The notes beneath the pieces were generated by a model. That model was not told the DNA's origin and ran no database searches. It saw nothing but the letters and a program-made list of their open reading frames with translations. Made by a program: the position numbers and the translations under genes. From Octopus sinensis (Eukaryota), in NCBI RefSeq assembly GCF_006345805.1, contig NC_043006.1, positions 87,110,001 through 87,174,000 of the forward strand: a stretch of DNA of 64,000 nucleotides. The letters run 5' to 3'. This document shows positions 1 to 12,575 of the stretch, one piece after another (the stretch's first letter is position 1; every line of letters begins with the position of its first letter).

Positions 1-225
1 ACTTTGTCACAAACTCTTTGTATCCAATTCATGTCTTTACTTCTATATCTAGTGCAGGTACCACTGGTTTCATTATAAATAATGCTAACTTTTTTCTAGC
101 TCCCCTGTATACCTGAACCCTATCTTTCTGATCATATCCAGAGAACTGCATGCAGTGCATGAAGTTCTGTACATGTTTCTTTGTTACATAGGGCTTGCAT
201 AGTGGGGACACATTGTTCATTGTCC
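1..225 (-). mobile_element. Penelope-like element fragment (region C-terminal to the RT), degenerate
   Basis: Minus frames give MNNVSPLCKPYVTKKHVQNFMHCMQFSGYDQKDRVQVYRGARKK and, after a frameshift, RYRSKDMNWIQRVCDK, resembling the MQxSGY...YRSKxW segment recalled from invertebrate PLE ORFs. Confidence 0.55.
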
Positions 226-231
226 TAACGA

Positions 232-257
232 AATAATAATAATAATAATAATAATAA

Positions 258-307
<50 letters not shown>
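232..307. repeat. (TAA)n microsatellite
   Basis: Direct reading. Confidence 0.95.
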
Positions 308-309
<2 letters not shown>

Positions 310-862
310 GCCCTGATGCAGTACCAGGCAGTGGCTCTCATGGCTTCTGATCTTAATTGATTGGAAGTGTTATCATGTACATTGTTTTGTCTTGGTATAA
401 AAGATGGGCTACAGCAAATATTCTGCTCAATACCACAGATTTGCTTGTCAGTTGTTTGACCATAACCAGTTGAGCATGTCCCTTAGTGGCTGACGATATG
501 TGCATCTCTGATCACGAGCAGAAGTAGTGGGGAGCATCATAGCCATGTGTTGAGAAGGATTCTTTGGGGTTTGAATAATTCACCTCTGGAAACATGGGTG
601 TTTCGTTCAACGTCCTTAAACAACCCTTATTCAGGGACCTTTTGAGCGGGATGGGTTACTCGATCTGAAGAAAATTCTAACTGGGCTCCACCTGCAAGGT
701 CATGTGCTGTTTATCTTGATATGAGATCACCATGTCGCGCACATATGGTTGTGATGCATGTGCCTGGTGTACCCTTATCAGACAGGTAGTCATGATGGGT
801 ATACTGGGCTTCGTATATTTTACCCCAGTGTCACTTTGATGGCATGCTCTGCTCGCTCACTC
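308..862 (-). mobile_element. ~555-bp non-autonomous interspersed repeat (family D), copy 1
   Basis: Collinear with 901-1454 and with the partial copy at 10657-10920; flanked by (TAA)n on both sides; no ORF. Confidence 0.85.
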
Positions 863-900
863 AATAATAATAATAAATAATAATAATAATGATGATGATG

Positions 901-1454
901 ATGCCCTGATGCAGTGCCAGGCAGTGGCTCACATGGCTTCTCAACTTAACTGATTGGAAGTGTTATCATGTACATTGATTTGTCTTGGTATAAAAGATGG
1001 GCTACAGCAAATATTCTGCTCAATACTACAAATTTGCTTGTCAGTTGTTTGACTTTAACCAGTTGACCATGTCCCTTAGTGGCTGACGATATGTGCATCT
1101 CTGATCATGAGCAGAAGTAGTGGGGAGCATCATAGCCATGTGTTGAAAGGAATTCATAGAGGTTTGGATAATTCACCTTTGGAAACATGGGTGTTTCGTT
1201 CAACACCCTAAAGAAATCCTTATTCAGGGACCTTTTGAGCAGGATGGACTACTCGACCAGAAGAAAATTCTAACTGGGCTCCACCTGCAAGGTCATGCAC
1301 TGTTAATCTTGATATGGATCACCATGCTGTGCACATTTGGTTGTGATGCATGTGCCTGGTGTATCCTTATCAGATGGGTATTCATGATGGGTACACTAGG
1401 CTTCGTATATTTTACCCCAGTGTCACTTTAATGACATGCACTGCTCTCTCATTC
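901..1454 (-). mobile_element. Family D repeat, copy 2 (head-to-tail with copy 1, period 593 bp)
   Basis: Starts ATGCCCTGATGCAG like copy 1; 5 differences in the first 60 bp; followed by (AAC)n. Confidence 0.85.
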
Positions 1455-1486
<32 letters not shown>

Positions 1487-2082
1487 ATGTTTCTGATTTA
1501 GCACAAGGCCCGAAATTTTGAGGTAGGGATTAGTGAAAACCATTGACCACTGCTGCTCAATACTTGACAGGTATTTACTGAGCCGAGCAATGCTGACTGC
1601 CGCAGAATATAGTCTCAGATAGTAAGGAATCAGAACAAATTCTTTACATTCTGAGTTCAAATCCCACTATAACAATAACAACACTACTATCAATAATAAC
1701 AATGTCAGCTGTAAAATGCTGTGCTATATTTATGGAAATAAATAAATTCAATTTCTCCAAATTTCATGAACGTTTCATCTTATAATATGTAGCTGTATGT
1801 TGTTGTGTATAGTGGGTAGATACACATAGTTATATATGTAATATGTAAGCGTATTTACTTATGTATAGATACACTTGATAGTATGTAGTTATAGTCATAT
1901 GTTATAATGTAAATTATATATAGTGAAATACAACTATATGTAGTTATATATAATTATATATAGTTTCCTGTATTTATACAAGTATATGGTTATATATAGT
2001 TGTAAATATATAGTGATATTTAGATATATGCTGCTCTATAGATATCTATATGTAGCCAAATGCAGTTATTTGCACTGTTATA

Positions 2083-2120
<38 letters not shown>

Positions 2121-2384
2121 ATATGTCTCCTTGGGTTTGAAAAATTATTTTTGTCAAGTGTAAAACTGTGAAAATTCTAGTAAAGGAAATAAGGAAGAAA
2201 TAATATAAGAGAAGGCTTTGCAAAATGAAACAAAACAATATTTCCAGTTCAGTAAATTCTATGACTGAAGCACATTAAAACAAGCAAATGAATTAAAAAC
2301 AAAATGTAAGAAATATATGACAAACAATGAATGAGTGTAAATGTGAGATAGATGGATAGATAGACAGACAGATAGATAGATAGG

Positions 2385-2428
<44 letters not shown>

Positions 2429-2488
2429 CAAAGAGAGAGAATTAGATAGATGATAGGCATCTCTCTCTCTCTATTCTATCTATCTATC

Positions 2489-2809
2489 TATATATATACA
2501 TATATATATATGTATACATATATATATATATATATATATACATATGTACATATATATGTATACATATATATACATATATACATACATATATATATATACA
2601 TATATATATACATATGTACATATATATGTATACATATGTATATATACATATATACATACATATATATATATATATACATACATATATATGTATACATATG
2701 TATATATACATATATACATACATATATATATATATATATACATACATATATATATATATACATACATATATATATATATACATACATATATATACATATA
2801 TATACATAC

Positions 2810-2840
<31 letters not shown>

Positions 2841-2855
2841 CATACATGCATATAC

Positions 2856-2886
<31 letters not shown>

Positions 2887-3039
2887 CATACATGCATATA
2901 CATATATATATACATACATGCATATACATATATATATACATACATGCATATACATATATATATACATACATGCATATACATATATATATACATACATACA
3001 TATACATATATATATACATACATACATATACATATATAT

Positions 3040-3076
<37 letters not shown>

Positions 3077-3089
3077 CATACATACATGC

Positions 3090-3124
<35 letters not shown>

Positions 3125-3186
3125 CATACATATATATATACATACATACATATATATATACATATATCCATATATATATATATATA

Positions 3187-3239
<53 letters not shown>

Positions 3240-3277
3240 TATATATATATATGTATGCATATACTTATATATATATA
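2489..3277. repeat. ~800-bp compound (TA)/(CATA) microsatellite
   Basis: Direct reading; source of the overlapping YI/HT/MY-rich ORFs. Confidence 0.95.
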
Positions 3278-4407
3278 AAGAGGGAGAGGGATTGGAGAGA
3301 AAAAGAGTTGCATAGAGACTGAAAGTGAAGATTTTGAGAGAAGGCAAAGTAAGTTAGAGAAATATTATTTTCTTATTTGTGTGAGAAGAAAATAAAATAG
3401 CAATTTCTTTTGATTTACTTTCTTCTTTAGCATCAAAATATATTTGCTGTCATTTTGGACTAAATTGATTTGCTGCCTGTATTTTAGTCACAGTATGGAA
3501 CAGCTTTGGAACTACATTGGTTTTGAGAATTTCTTTTGATTTTGAAAGGATTTTTGCATGTGTGTGCATGTGTGCACAGAAGGAGTTTATGTTTGAGCCC
3601 ATGTATGAATGTATGTGAGGTGTGTGAGTGTATGCATGTGCAATTCACTGTGTGGGTGAATGCATGTATAAATGTGTTTTAATGTATCTATGCATAGAAG
3701 CAGGGAATGTGCAAATATGCATGTGAATATATGTACCCTTGTGTGAATGTTTGTGTGTAGATGTTTATGTGTGTAAATATGCAAAAGTCACTATGTATGT
3801 GAATGTGATCATGAATGTGATCTAAGTGTGTGTATAAGCATGTAAAATATATGAATATGTGTGTGTATGTGAATTTGTATGCATGTGAAATGTATGTTCA
3901 CACCCAAAATTTCTCCTACATCATAACAATAATCACTTTAGGTTTCTTAAACATGTCAACACAAGCCACAATATACTCAACTTCAAATTAACAATTGCAG
4001 TGCACTCACTACACACAGATACACACACATACACACACAAACAAACACACACTGATGCACCAAAGCATGTTATTTTTATTGTAATATTGTCACTACATTA
4101 TGTGGCATAACAGAACAGATTCCTACTTTACACACTAATGGACAGGAAATATGATCATATGGAATGCAAAAATGTGCATTATCATTACAAGAATACTGTT
4201 TCATAATGTCATGCAAATGGCATCATGTTTGCAACAGCTTTCTCTAAATTGAAGAATTTTCTCCAAAATGTGTTCTTAACAAAATGTTAGCAACATTGTC
4301 TGATTAATAGTTATGAAGCATGCTATTATGTAATAGCAGAAACTAAAAAAGCATTTTGAGATAAGTTTTCTTAGATATATGTTGCTAATATATTTACAGA
4401 ATAATGT

Positions 4408-4408
4408 G

Positions 4409-4472
<64 letters not shown>

Positions 4473-4488
4473 TAGTAGTAGTAGTAGT

Positions 4489-4533
<45 letters not shown>
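4408..4533. repeat. (GAA)n-(GTA)n compound microsatellite
   Basis: Direct reading. Confidence 0.95.
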
Positions 4534-4928
4534 ATTAATAACTCAAGTATCTTTAAAATAATAACCATCACTAGCATTATTGGGTTGAGCTAGCTCGGAT
4601 TGAAATAATAGTGTTATCTTACATTTGGTACAAGGGCCATACATGTAAGGGCTAATTGATTTTATTAATTCATAGTATTTATTTTAATGATCTTAAAAGG
4701 ATGGAAGTCAAATTAAACCACAATAGAATTTAGAATGCAAAATAATATCGCTAAATAACATATCTGTATTTAGCGAAGTATCTAAAAAAAGGATGGTAAA
4801 AGTACTTGACATATATTGTGGCAGATTCTATCAACTCCATTCTTCTATAAATTTACAGTTTTCTTTGATAACCTTATTTTAAGAAAAAACTATATTTAGA
4901 ATACTGCGGGAAAATTTTCATAACTTGC

Positions 4929-5138
4929 TCTTTACTCTTTTACTTGTTTCAGTCATTTGAATGTGGCCATACTGGAGTGACACCTTTAGTGAGCAAATCG
5001 ACCCCAGGATTATTCCTTGTAAGCCTAGTACTTATTCTATCGGTCTCTTTTGCCAAACTGCTAAATTACGAGGACGTAAACACACCAGCACCAGTTGTCA
5101 AGCGATGTTAGGGGACAAACAAAGACACACAAACATAT

Positions 5139-5169
<31 letters not shown>

Positions 5170-5297
5170 CATATATACGACGGGCTTCTTTCAGTTTCCG
5201 TCTACCAAATCCGCTGACAAGGCTTTGGTCAGCCCAAGGCTATAGTAGAAGACACTTGCCCAAGGTCTCAACCATGCCATATAGCCACTCCTATGCC
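4929..5297 (-). mobile_element. tRNA-head SINE family A, internally deleted copy
   Basis: Same body as the full copies at 14522, 33899 and 59577; central (TA)/(CA) tract; head partly deleted. Confidence 0.85.
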
Positions 5298-5486
5298 TTA
5301 TTTATTTATTTCCCTCACATGTTTCGTAAGCATATGTAAACATTTAACCTATTATGTAAGCTGGTGCAAATTTATGTCCTAGCATAACCTTTATGTGAAC
5401 TTGAGTCCTATCTTAACCAATATTTAAGTTGATATTGTATTCTTATTTCAACTGTTAAGTAGGCATATGTAAATTTGCATCCTACA

Positions 5487-5690
5487 CTTTTACTTGTTTC
5501 AGTCATTTGACTGTTGCCATGCTGGAGCACCGCCTTTTTGTCGAACAAATTGACCCCAGGACTTATTGTTTCTAAGCCTATTCTATCAGTCTCTTTTGCC
5601 AAAGTGCTAAGTTACGGGGACGTAAACACACCAGCATCGGTTGTCAAGCGATGTTGGGGGACAAACACAGAGACACAAACATATACACAT

Positions 5691-5759
<69 letters not shown>

Positions 5760-5930
5760 TAGATATAGATATACATATATATGACAGGTTTCTTTCAGTT
5801 TCCGTCTACCAAATCCACTCGGCCTGAGGCTATAGTAGAAGACACTTGCCCAATGTGCCACGCAGTGGGACTGAACCCGGAACCATGTGGTTGGTAAGCA
5901 AGCTACTTACGACACAGCCACTCCTATGCC
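5487..5930 (-). mobile_element. tRNA-head SINE family A
   Basis: Reverse complement has A-box-like GTGGCTGTGTCGTAAG, B-box-like GGTTCCGGGTTCAGTCCC, then a CORE-like TTGGGCAAGTGTCTT and a central (TA)n. Confidence 0.9.
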
Positions 5931-6319
5931 TACTCCTACTTTAACTTTAAATAAGATTATGTAAATTTATATCCTCTTTTGAACTATGAGCACACTGACG
6001 CAAATTTATTCAAGTAAACTTCTGCCCTGTTTTAACTCACCATAAGCTTATATAAACACATGAATTTTTTTAACCTTTATACAGTTTATGTAAACTTAAG
6101 TCCAGTTTTAGCATTTACATAGAATTTTTCTTACAACTGTAATGGTTTCTACTTTTATTGATAATGATTCATTTTTAACTCTTATTTTCAGCTCAGTCCA
6201 TGTATTATGTCTTATTTAGTTTTCAACCTTTATTATAAGAAACAGCTAGGATTATAACAAGGCATTTCTTTTCCTCTTTATCTACAGTTAGGTGCTACAT
6301 AATCATATGGATGGTAAAA

Positions 6320-6800
6320 ATTCTTCTAAGTCTCAATGTTCTTGATAATAACTTCTGGATTATGTTCATAAGAATGCCATCTTCCCTTCATCCAATCGAT
6401 AGGCTCCACTTAGCTTCCAATGAACAATTCAAGTTGCAGGATTTTGATATGAGATGCTATTTCTTTGAACTGTCTTTTCCCACAAAGTTCTAACATGGAA
6501 AAAAGCAGCTACTCTCACCTTTCTTTGAAGTTTCAGTTGTTCAAAAATACCTTACTCCTGGGCTACATGGCTCAATGTCTTTATCTTGGGTTTGAGGTTG
6601 CTTTTCATGAGCCATTGCCAAGATATCTTTTGAGAATTTCCTTGCAAATATCTTTCTTGAACATCCCTTTGTTCTCTCATTCCTTCTGTGTTTCTATGTT
6701 TATTTTCTCCTCAAAACCAAAGCTTCCTTTACTGTCTCAGCATCAATACCTCTTTTTACCCTTTCAATAACATTTTCCTGCAAAGTTTTTGCATGTCTAT
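6320..6800 (-). mobile_element. R4/Dong-like (REL-endonuclease) non-LTR retrotransposon relic
   Basis: Minus frames contain WQWLMKSNLKPKIKTLSHVAQE and IVHWKL...YEHNPEVIIKN, matching the recalled WxWL..LK..E...AAQEQ and HWxL...WYEHxP motifs; many stops and frameshifts. Confidence 0.55.
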
Positions 6801-7378
6801 TCAAACAATTTCCTTCTGACTTTTTTTTACAATATTTGCAGTTATTCACATATTTTCCCTCCCAGCTACTATAAAATACAACATCAATGCTACAAATTTG
6901 AACAGAAAGGCAGCATATAATTAAAATAACTTTCTTTTATTTGTCTGAACTACTCAGTTCTATGTTCTATTTAAGTATTCCACCCTACCCTATATTTTAG
7001 AAAAGGAATGACCCATATTTTCTTTGTTATCATTTTCATCTTTCTCCTCTGTTTAGATTTTAAAAATCAATCAAAGCTTTCTAAAAAAAAATTTGTTTCA
7101 GAAATATGAATTTTTTTATTTCCCTCTTAAAACTTTATTAAACCAAGCAGTCATAAGCAGACAGCAGAATGGCACAATCAGTCGAGTGCTGGTTTGTATT
7201 ATTTAGTTATGTCTCTTGACATTCCAGGATCAAATTTTACTGTATTGATTAAAAAAGAATATTGATAATATAATTGGGCTGCCTGAATTCACTTTAACTT
7301 CTAGCTTTATAAATGTACTGAATGCCCAATAAAAATACATAATCATCTTCATAAAAGAAATCATCATCATTATTATTC

Positions 7379-8043
7379 GAGTGATGGACTGGCAAAATCA
7401 TTAAGATATTGAAAGAAATGCTTTGCAACATTTCATGTACCCCTTTATATCTTGAGTTCAAATTTTGCTGATGTCAATTTTGTCTTTCCTTCTTTCTGAA
7501 TCAATAAAATAAAGTACCAGTGCTATATTTGGGGTCAATACTACACCCTCCTTTAATAATTGCAAACCTTGTGCTCAGATTAATAACCATTATTGTTGAT
7601 GATGTTGTAAATCAGAGGAGTGATGGAAATGAACAAGTGTTGAGTAAAATATATTTCAGTAATTAGTTACATCCTGCATCCTTCCTAATTTGAAATTGCT
7701 TTTCTTCCCTCAGGAGTCAATAAAAAGTATAAATAATGTACTAAAAGTTGGGTGAATTTACTCTACACTTCACTCATAGAATGAGAAATCTTGTGCTAAG
7801 AAGTCATTATTATAATCACAGAAATAAGGTGGTGAGCTGGAAGAATTGTTAGCATGCTGGGCAAAAGTACTTAGCAGTATTTCATCCATCTTTATGTTCT
7901 GAGTTCAAATTCGACTGTGGTCAACTTTGCCTTTCATCCTTTCAGGGTCAATGAACTAAGTGCCAGTTGTACACTGGGATCATATAATTGAGTAATTCCC
8001 TCCCCCAAAGTTTCAGGCCTTGTGCCTATTGCAGAAAGGATTG
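7379..8043 (+). mobile_element. Three tandem degenerate copies of tRNA-head SINE family B
   Basis: Recurrent GAGTTCAAATT and TTTGCCTTTCATCCTTTCAGGGTCAAT-type motifs; best copy 7826-8043; copies separated by (ATT)n/(CAT)n. Confidence 0.7.
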
Positions 8044-8425
8044 TAATCACGAAATGGCTAAGTTAGGCAAGTGTTAGATTAAACACATTTTATATTAAAA
8101 TTGGTTTTTCTTTTCACTCAGCAACTTATGATGCAGCTGGAAACATATCATCAATATTTCCTGGGGTTATTGATGGTCTGATTGTTGAAAGGCCTGACAG
8201 CCGGTTTTGATCAGGCCATGGCTTGTTGTCGAGTATCCACATCCAAGGTAACACTACTTCTATCAGGAATCATATCTGAGTTGCTGCCATCTTCTAGCAA
8301 TCTCAGCAGCATAATAGCATTGATGGTTACAAGTATACAACAGGCCAGTCACATCACTGGTACATTGCATTAATGATGGTGAGAGTGACAAGAAAGTGAG
8401 TATATATATATATATATATATATAT

Positions 8426-8599
8426 ACTCTTTTACTCTTTACTCTTTTACTTGTTTCAGTCATTTGACTGTGGCCATACTGGAGCACCGCCTTTAATCGA
8501 GCAACTCGACCCTGGGACTTATTCTTTTGTAAGCCCAGTACTTATTCCATCGGTCTCTTTTGCCGAACCGCTAGGTGACGGGGACATAAACACACCAGC

Positions 8600-8632
<33 letters not shown>

Positions 8633-8798
8633 TACGACGGGCTTCTTTCAGTTTCCGTCTACCAAATCCACTCACAAGGCTTTGGTCGGCCTGAGGCTAT
8701 AGTAGAAGACACTTGCCCAAGGTGCCACGCAGTGGGACTGAACCCGGAACCATGTGGTTGGTAGACAAGCTACTAACCACACAGCCACTCCTGCGCCT
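8426..8798 (-). mobile_element. tRNA-head SINE family A (internal deletion next to the central microsatellite)
   Basis: Homologous to other copies; (CTCTTTTA)n tail at 8426-8450. Confidence 0.9.
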
Positions 8799-8811
8799 AT
8801 ATATATATATA

Positions 8812-9121
8812 AATTAGAGATAAAACCACTATTAGGTAAATCAAACAATGAAAAACATAAACCAAAACATACTTATTATCTTATATTAAACTTTTAATAC
8901 TTTTTGATAGTTATATATATTTTTAAAAAATTTTAATTTAAAAATTTTTTAAATTTAAAAAATATAAAAATTAATAAATATAAATAAAAAAATTTTAAAT
9001 TTAAATAATTTAAATTTTAAATTTTATATATTTTGTATATTATATTAATTACGTTTATTTTTATGTTTTGGTTTAAGTTTTTCATTATTTGATTTGCCTA
9101 ATAGTGGTTTTATCTCTAATT
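8812..9121. repeat. 60-bp inverted repeats flanking a ~190-bp almost pure A/T spacer
   Basis: 8812-8871 vs reverse complement of 9062-9121: 57/60 identical. Confidence 0.9.
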
Positions 9122-9785
9122 TAATTTATATTTATACTGCGAAATTGGATTTAATCCTAAATCTAATTTTTCCCTGTAAGTTTGGATTTACACTCTAATA
9201 TTACAATATATATATATATATAGATCAAGCTGAAACTAGGACAAAGGTAATTGCTCAAGGTATCAGACCCAAAAGTACTTATTTTGATTGCCATTTAGAA
9301 GTATTTAGATATTTTGATTAATACTCTTGGGGATTGGAAATCTGAAGTTTTAGTATTATATTTAAATGATGATGGATTATAGATTTGTTAGAGTGTCAGA
9401 CAAAGTGCCTAATAGTATATATTTCAGTACTTTTACATTCTTCAAATTGTTATCAAATATGATTTTCATCCTTCTAGATTTTATAAATTATATGCAAATC
9501 CACCTCCAACCTTTTTGCAATGAGCTTATGTAACAAACTATCAATATTGATATTATCATTAAAAAGCAATGAGTTTGCCAAACCATTAAAGTATAAGACT
9601 AAATACTCTGAAGTATTTATTCCAGTTTAAATCTCACCTTGATCCATTTCATCTTTCCTTGTCCTGATGTCTATAAAATAAAGTACAAGTCAAATACTAC
9701 TGTTGATGACATCAACTAAACCCTTCTCAAAAACACTGACCTTGTGCTTAAATTAGAAACATTTTTATTTTTATTATTATTGTAT

Positions 9786-10640
9786 AAGGCGGTGAGCAGG
9801 CAAAATCGTTTGTTTACCAGATGAAATGCTTAACGGTATTTTATCTGCCGTTATGTTGTGAGTTCAAATTCCGCCGAGGTCGACTTTGCTTTTCATCCTT
9901 TCGGGGTCGATAAATTAAGTACCAGTTACGCACTGAGGTCGATGTAATCGACTTAATACCTATGTCTGTCCTTGTTTGTCCCCTCTGTGTTTAGCCCCTT
10001 GTGGGTAATAAAGAAATAGGTATTTTATCTGTCGCTATGTTCCAAGTTCATATTCCGCTGGGGTCAGTTTTGCCTTTCATCCTTTCAGGGCCAATCAAAT
10101 AAGTACCAGTTATGCACTGGGGTCAATGTAATCAACTTAATCCCCTCCCCCAAATTTGAGGCCTTGTGTTTCCAGTAGAAAGGATTATTATTATTGTATG
10201 TTCTTTTCATTATTATTATCATTGTACATTCTTTTTCATTATTACTATTATTATACATTCTTACTTGTGAGGTTTTCAAAAATCTGGTTTTGGACTTCTA
10301 GTGGATGTTATTTCATTTTACTTTTCTTTGGAAAGGTAGGAATATCAGAAAACTTTGTGGATTTCAACACTATAAATCTGGAACATTGTATCAATAGAGA
10401 CAAAATCATTATTAATATGTTATTATTGTTGTTGTTGTTACAGTGGCAAGCTGGCTGAATTGTTAATATGCCAGGTGAGATGCTTAGCGGTATTTCATCT
10501 GTTGCTACATTCTGAGTTCAAATTCTGACGAGATCAGCTTTGACTTTCATCCTTTTGGGGTTGATAAATTAAGTACCAGTGATGTAATCAACTCATCCCT
10601 TCTCCCAATTGGCTGTCCTTGTGGCAAAATTTGAAACCAT
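9786..10640 (+). mobile_element. Cluster of SINE family B copies (9786-10020, 10019-10188, 10441-10640)
   Basis: AAGGCGGTGAGC head, GAGTTCAAATTCCGCC B-box-like motif, central GCTTTTCATCCTTTCGGGGTCGATAAATTAAGTACCAG. Confidence 0.8.
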
Positions 10641-10656
10641 TATAATTATTATTATT

Positions 10657-10920
10657 GAATGAGAGAGCAGTGCATGTCATCAAAGTGACACTGGGGTAAA
10701 ATATACGGAGCCCAATATATTCATCATGACCACCCATCTGATAATGATACATCAGGCACATGCATCACAACCATATGGATGCAATATGGTGATCTCATCA
10801 AGATAAACAGTGTATGACCTTGCAGGTGGGACCCAGTTAGAATTTTCTTCAGGTCAAGTAGCCCTTCCCACTCAAAAGAACCCTGAATAAGGGTTGTTTA
10901 AGGATGTTAAATGAAACACT
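10657..10920 (+). mobile_element. Family D repeat, 5' half only
   Basis: Matches the reverse complement of ~595-862; preceded by (ATT)n. Confidence 0.8.
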
Positions 10921-11449
10921 GTGGCGAGTGACAGAAATGGAGAGCAAGGGATTAAATGATTTATACTATTAATCATACTCTTTTGCCTTATGTATTTAGT
11001 TTCATTTGGCGAGTTCACAATAGAGTGCAGTATAACCTTAGTTTAGCCTTCCAAACTTAACAAAGTACATTCATCTCAGTACACACAAATTAAATGACAT
11101 TGATTTATACGTTGTGATATGAGGAGGAATTATTCACAGCTTGACTTCTGTTGGCTCCTCCTCTACACATACTTCCTCAGACATCAAAGCAAACACTGAA
11201 TTCTCTTAATTAAAAAAAAATCATGAATCAAAGAGAGAGAGAGAGAGAGAAACTATCAACATGAAATTAAGATATAAAACCCAGAAAAGGAATGAACGAA
11301 TATATTAATACCAGGCAGCAGTACCAATGTGTAACTCTAACAAATACTGATTTGACGACAACATTTAAACACTCAAAAGGTTTAGGAAATAAAATGTAGC
11401 CCCAAATTGTATCTTTACATCAAGGATGGTAGACTTAATCTTTCACCCA

Positions 11450-12575
11450 TTTTAACATTCTCATCTGGTCTGAAGTTGTCTGCAGTAAATGCTAGGTTAA
11501 GTCTCTGAACAAAGAATAACTTCCTCCATTCCTCTTACCTTCCACCAGACTAAATAGTCAGAAAGATGACAAACACACTACTATTTCTTTTTTTGACTAA
11601 GTCATTAAAGCAAGTTGTAAAAAAGATTTCTATTTCACTCCTTTGACCATTCAATTTCCTCAATTATAGAATGAAAGAACTGAAGTGAAGTTACTCCATC
11701 TTTAGGGATCCTCCTAAAGTTAACACTGGAAGGCAGCATCACTGAATACAGCTCCCTAAATATTAATTCTGATAACTCAACAAACAAGACTATAAAGAGA
11801 TAAAACGAGACTCTGGGACTTAATCCATATAAATTCACCGTCTTATCTTGAAAAAGAAGTCAGTACCAACTAATGACTGCACCAACAACTCTGATCTCTG
11901 ATCAGTCACCATACTATATACCTGACACATACTTCTCCAAACAAATTAACCATAAACAAATGTTTCATATGATGAAAATACTGGAGCATAGAGGTTAAGA
12001 GTCTTTTACTTTACTAGAGAACAACAATAAAGCACAAATCCAAAGTAGCATGGATTTCAATATGGCAGAAATTTTCTAACATTATTCTACAGTACTTTGA
12101 AGATGCAGATATGACATCAAACATTGATGCCAGATACATGTCTTTAGCAAAGCCTTTGATAGATTTAGCTATAACATTTTATTGATGTATGAGAAACTTG
12201 TCTCATACATCAATAGAATCCTCTCAAACTACCAAAATGTCATCAGGGATTATACTTCAAGACACTGAGTTAAACTCAACTCTTTCCATTCTTTATACAA
12301 TTGACGTTAAACACATTATACAACACAGAAAAATATAAAATAATGCTCATAATTAAACGGAGTCTGGATAGATTCATTCAAGGAATACCAGATAAACCAC
12401 CCATTATTGGATACAACTCACCCAACAAAAACTCACTACTTGAATGGACCACAAACAAAACTTGACTTAAACAGGATTTAGATCATCCTATCAGGTGGTG
12501 CTATTAAGTTAGACATGGTCTGGATCAATCTTTGGTCGAAACATGTCTAAGTTTATCTAAGTTTAATTTGAAACT
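11450..12575 (+). mobile_element. Heavily deleted CR1/L2-like LINE relic
   Basis: With frameshifts: DARYMSLAKAFDR.S.NILL (cf. DxIYLDFAKAFD), SSGIILQDTELNSTLSILYTIDV (cf. SGVPQG.VLGPLLF.LYINDI), KRSLDRFIQGIPDKPPIIGY..NSLLEW; 3' stem-loop 12509-12550 and (TCTAAGTTTA)2 tail. Left boundary uncertain. Confidence 0.45.

Noticed and set aside
2450-3347. Six overlapping 233-287 aa ORFs (and similar ones at 43404-43886, 26535-26910, 56518-57132)
   Set aside because: (TA)/(CA)/(TG) repeats lack stop codons in several frames; these are low-complexity artefacts.
8122-8247. AG...GT bounded segment reading TYDAAGNISSIFPGVIDG (YD-repeat-like)
   Set aside because: All three frames contain a stop before the donor; a single YDAAGN word is insufficient and there is no evidence for Sec recoding.
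12509-12550. GAAACATGTC hammerhead 3' half
   Set aside because: No CUGANGA upstream; it is better explained as the 3' stem-loop of the CR1-like LINE.
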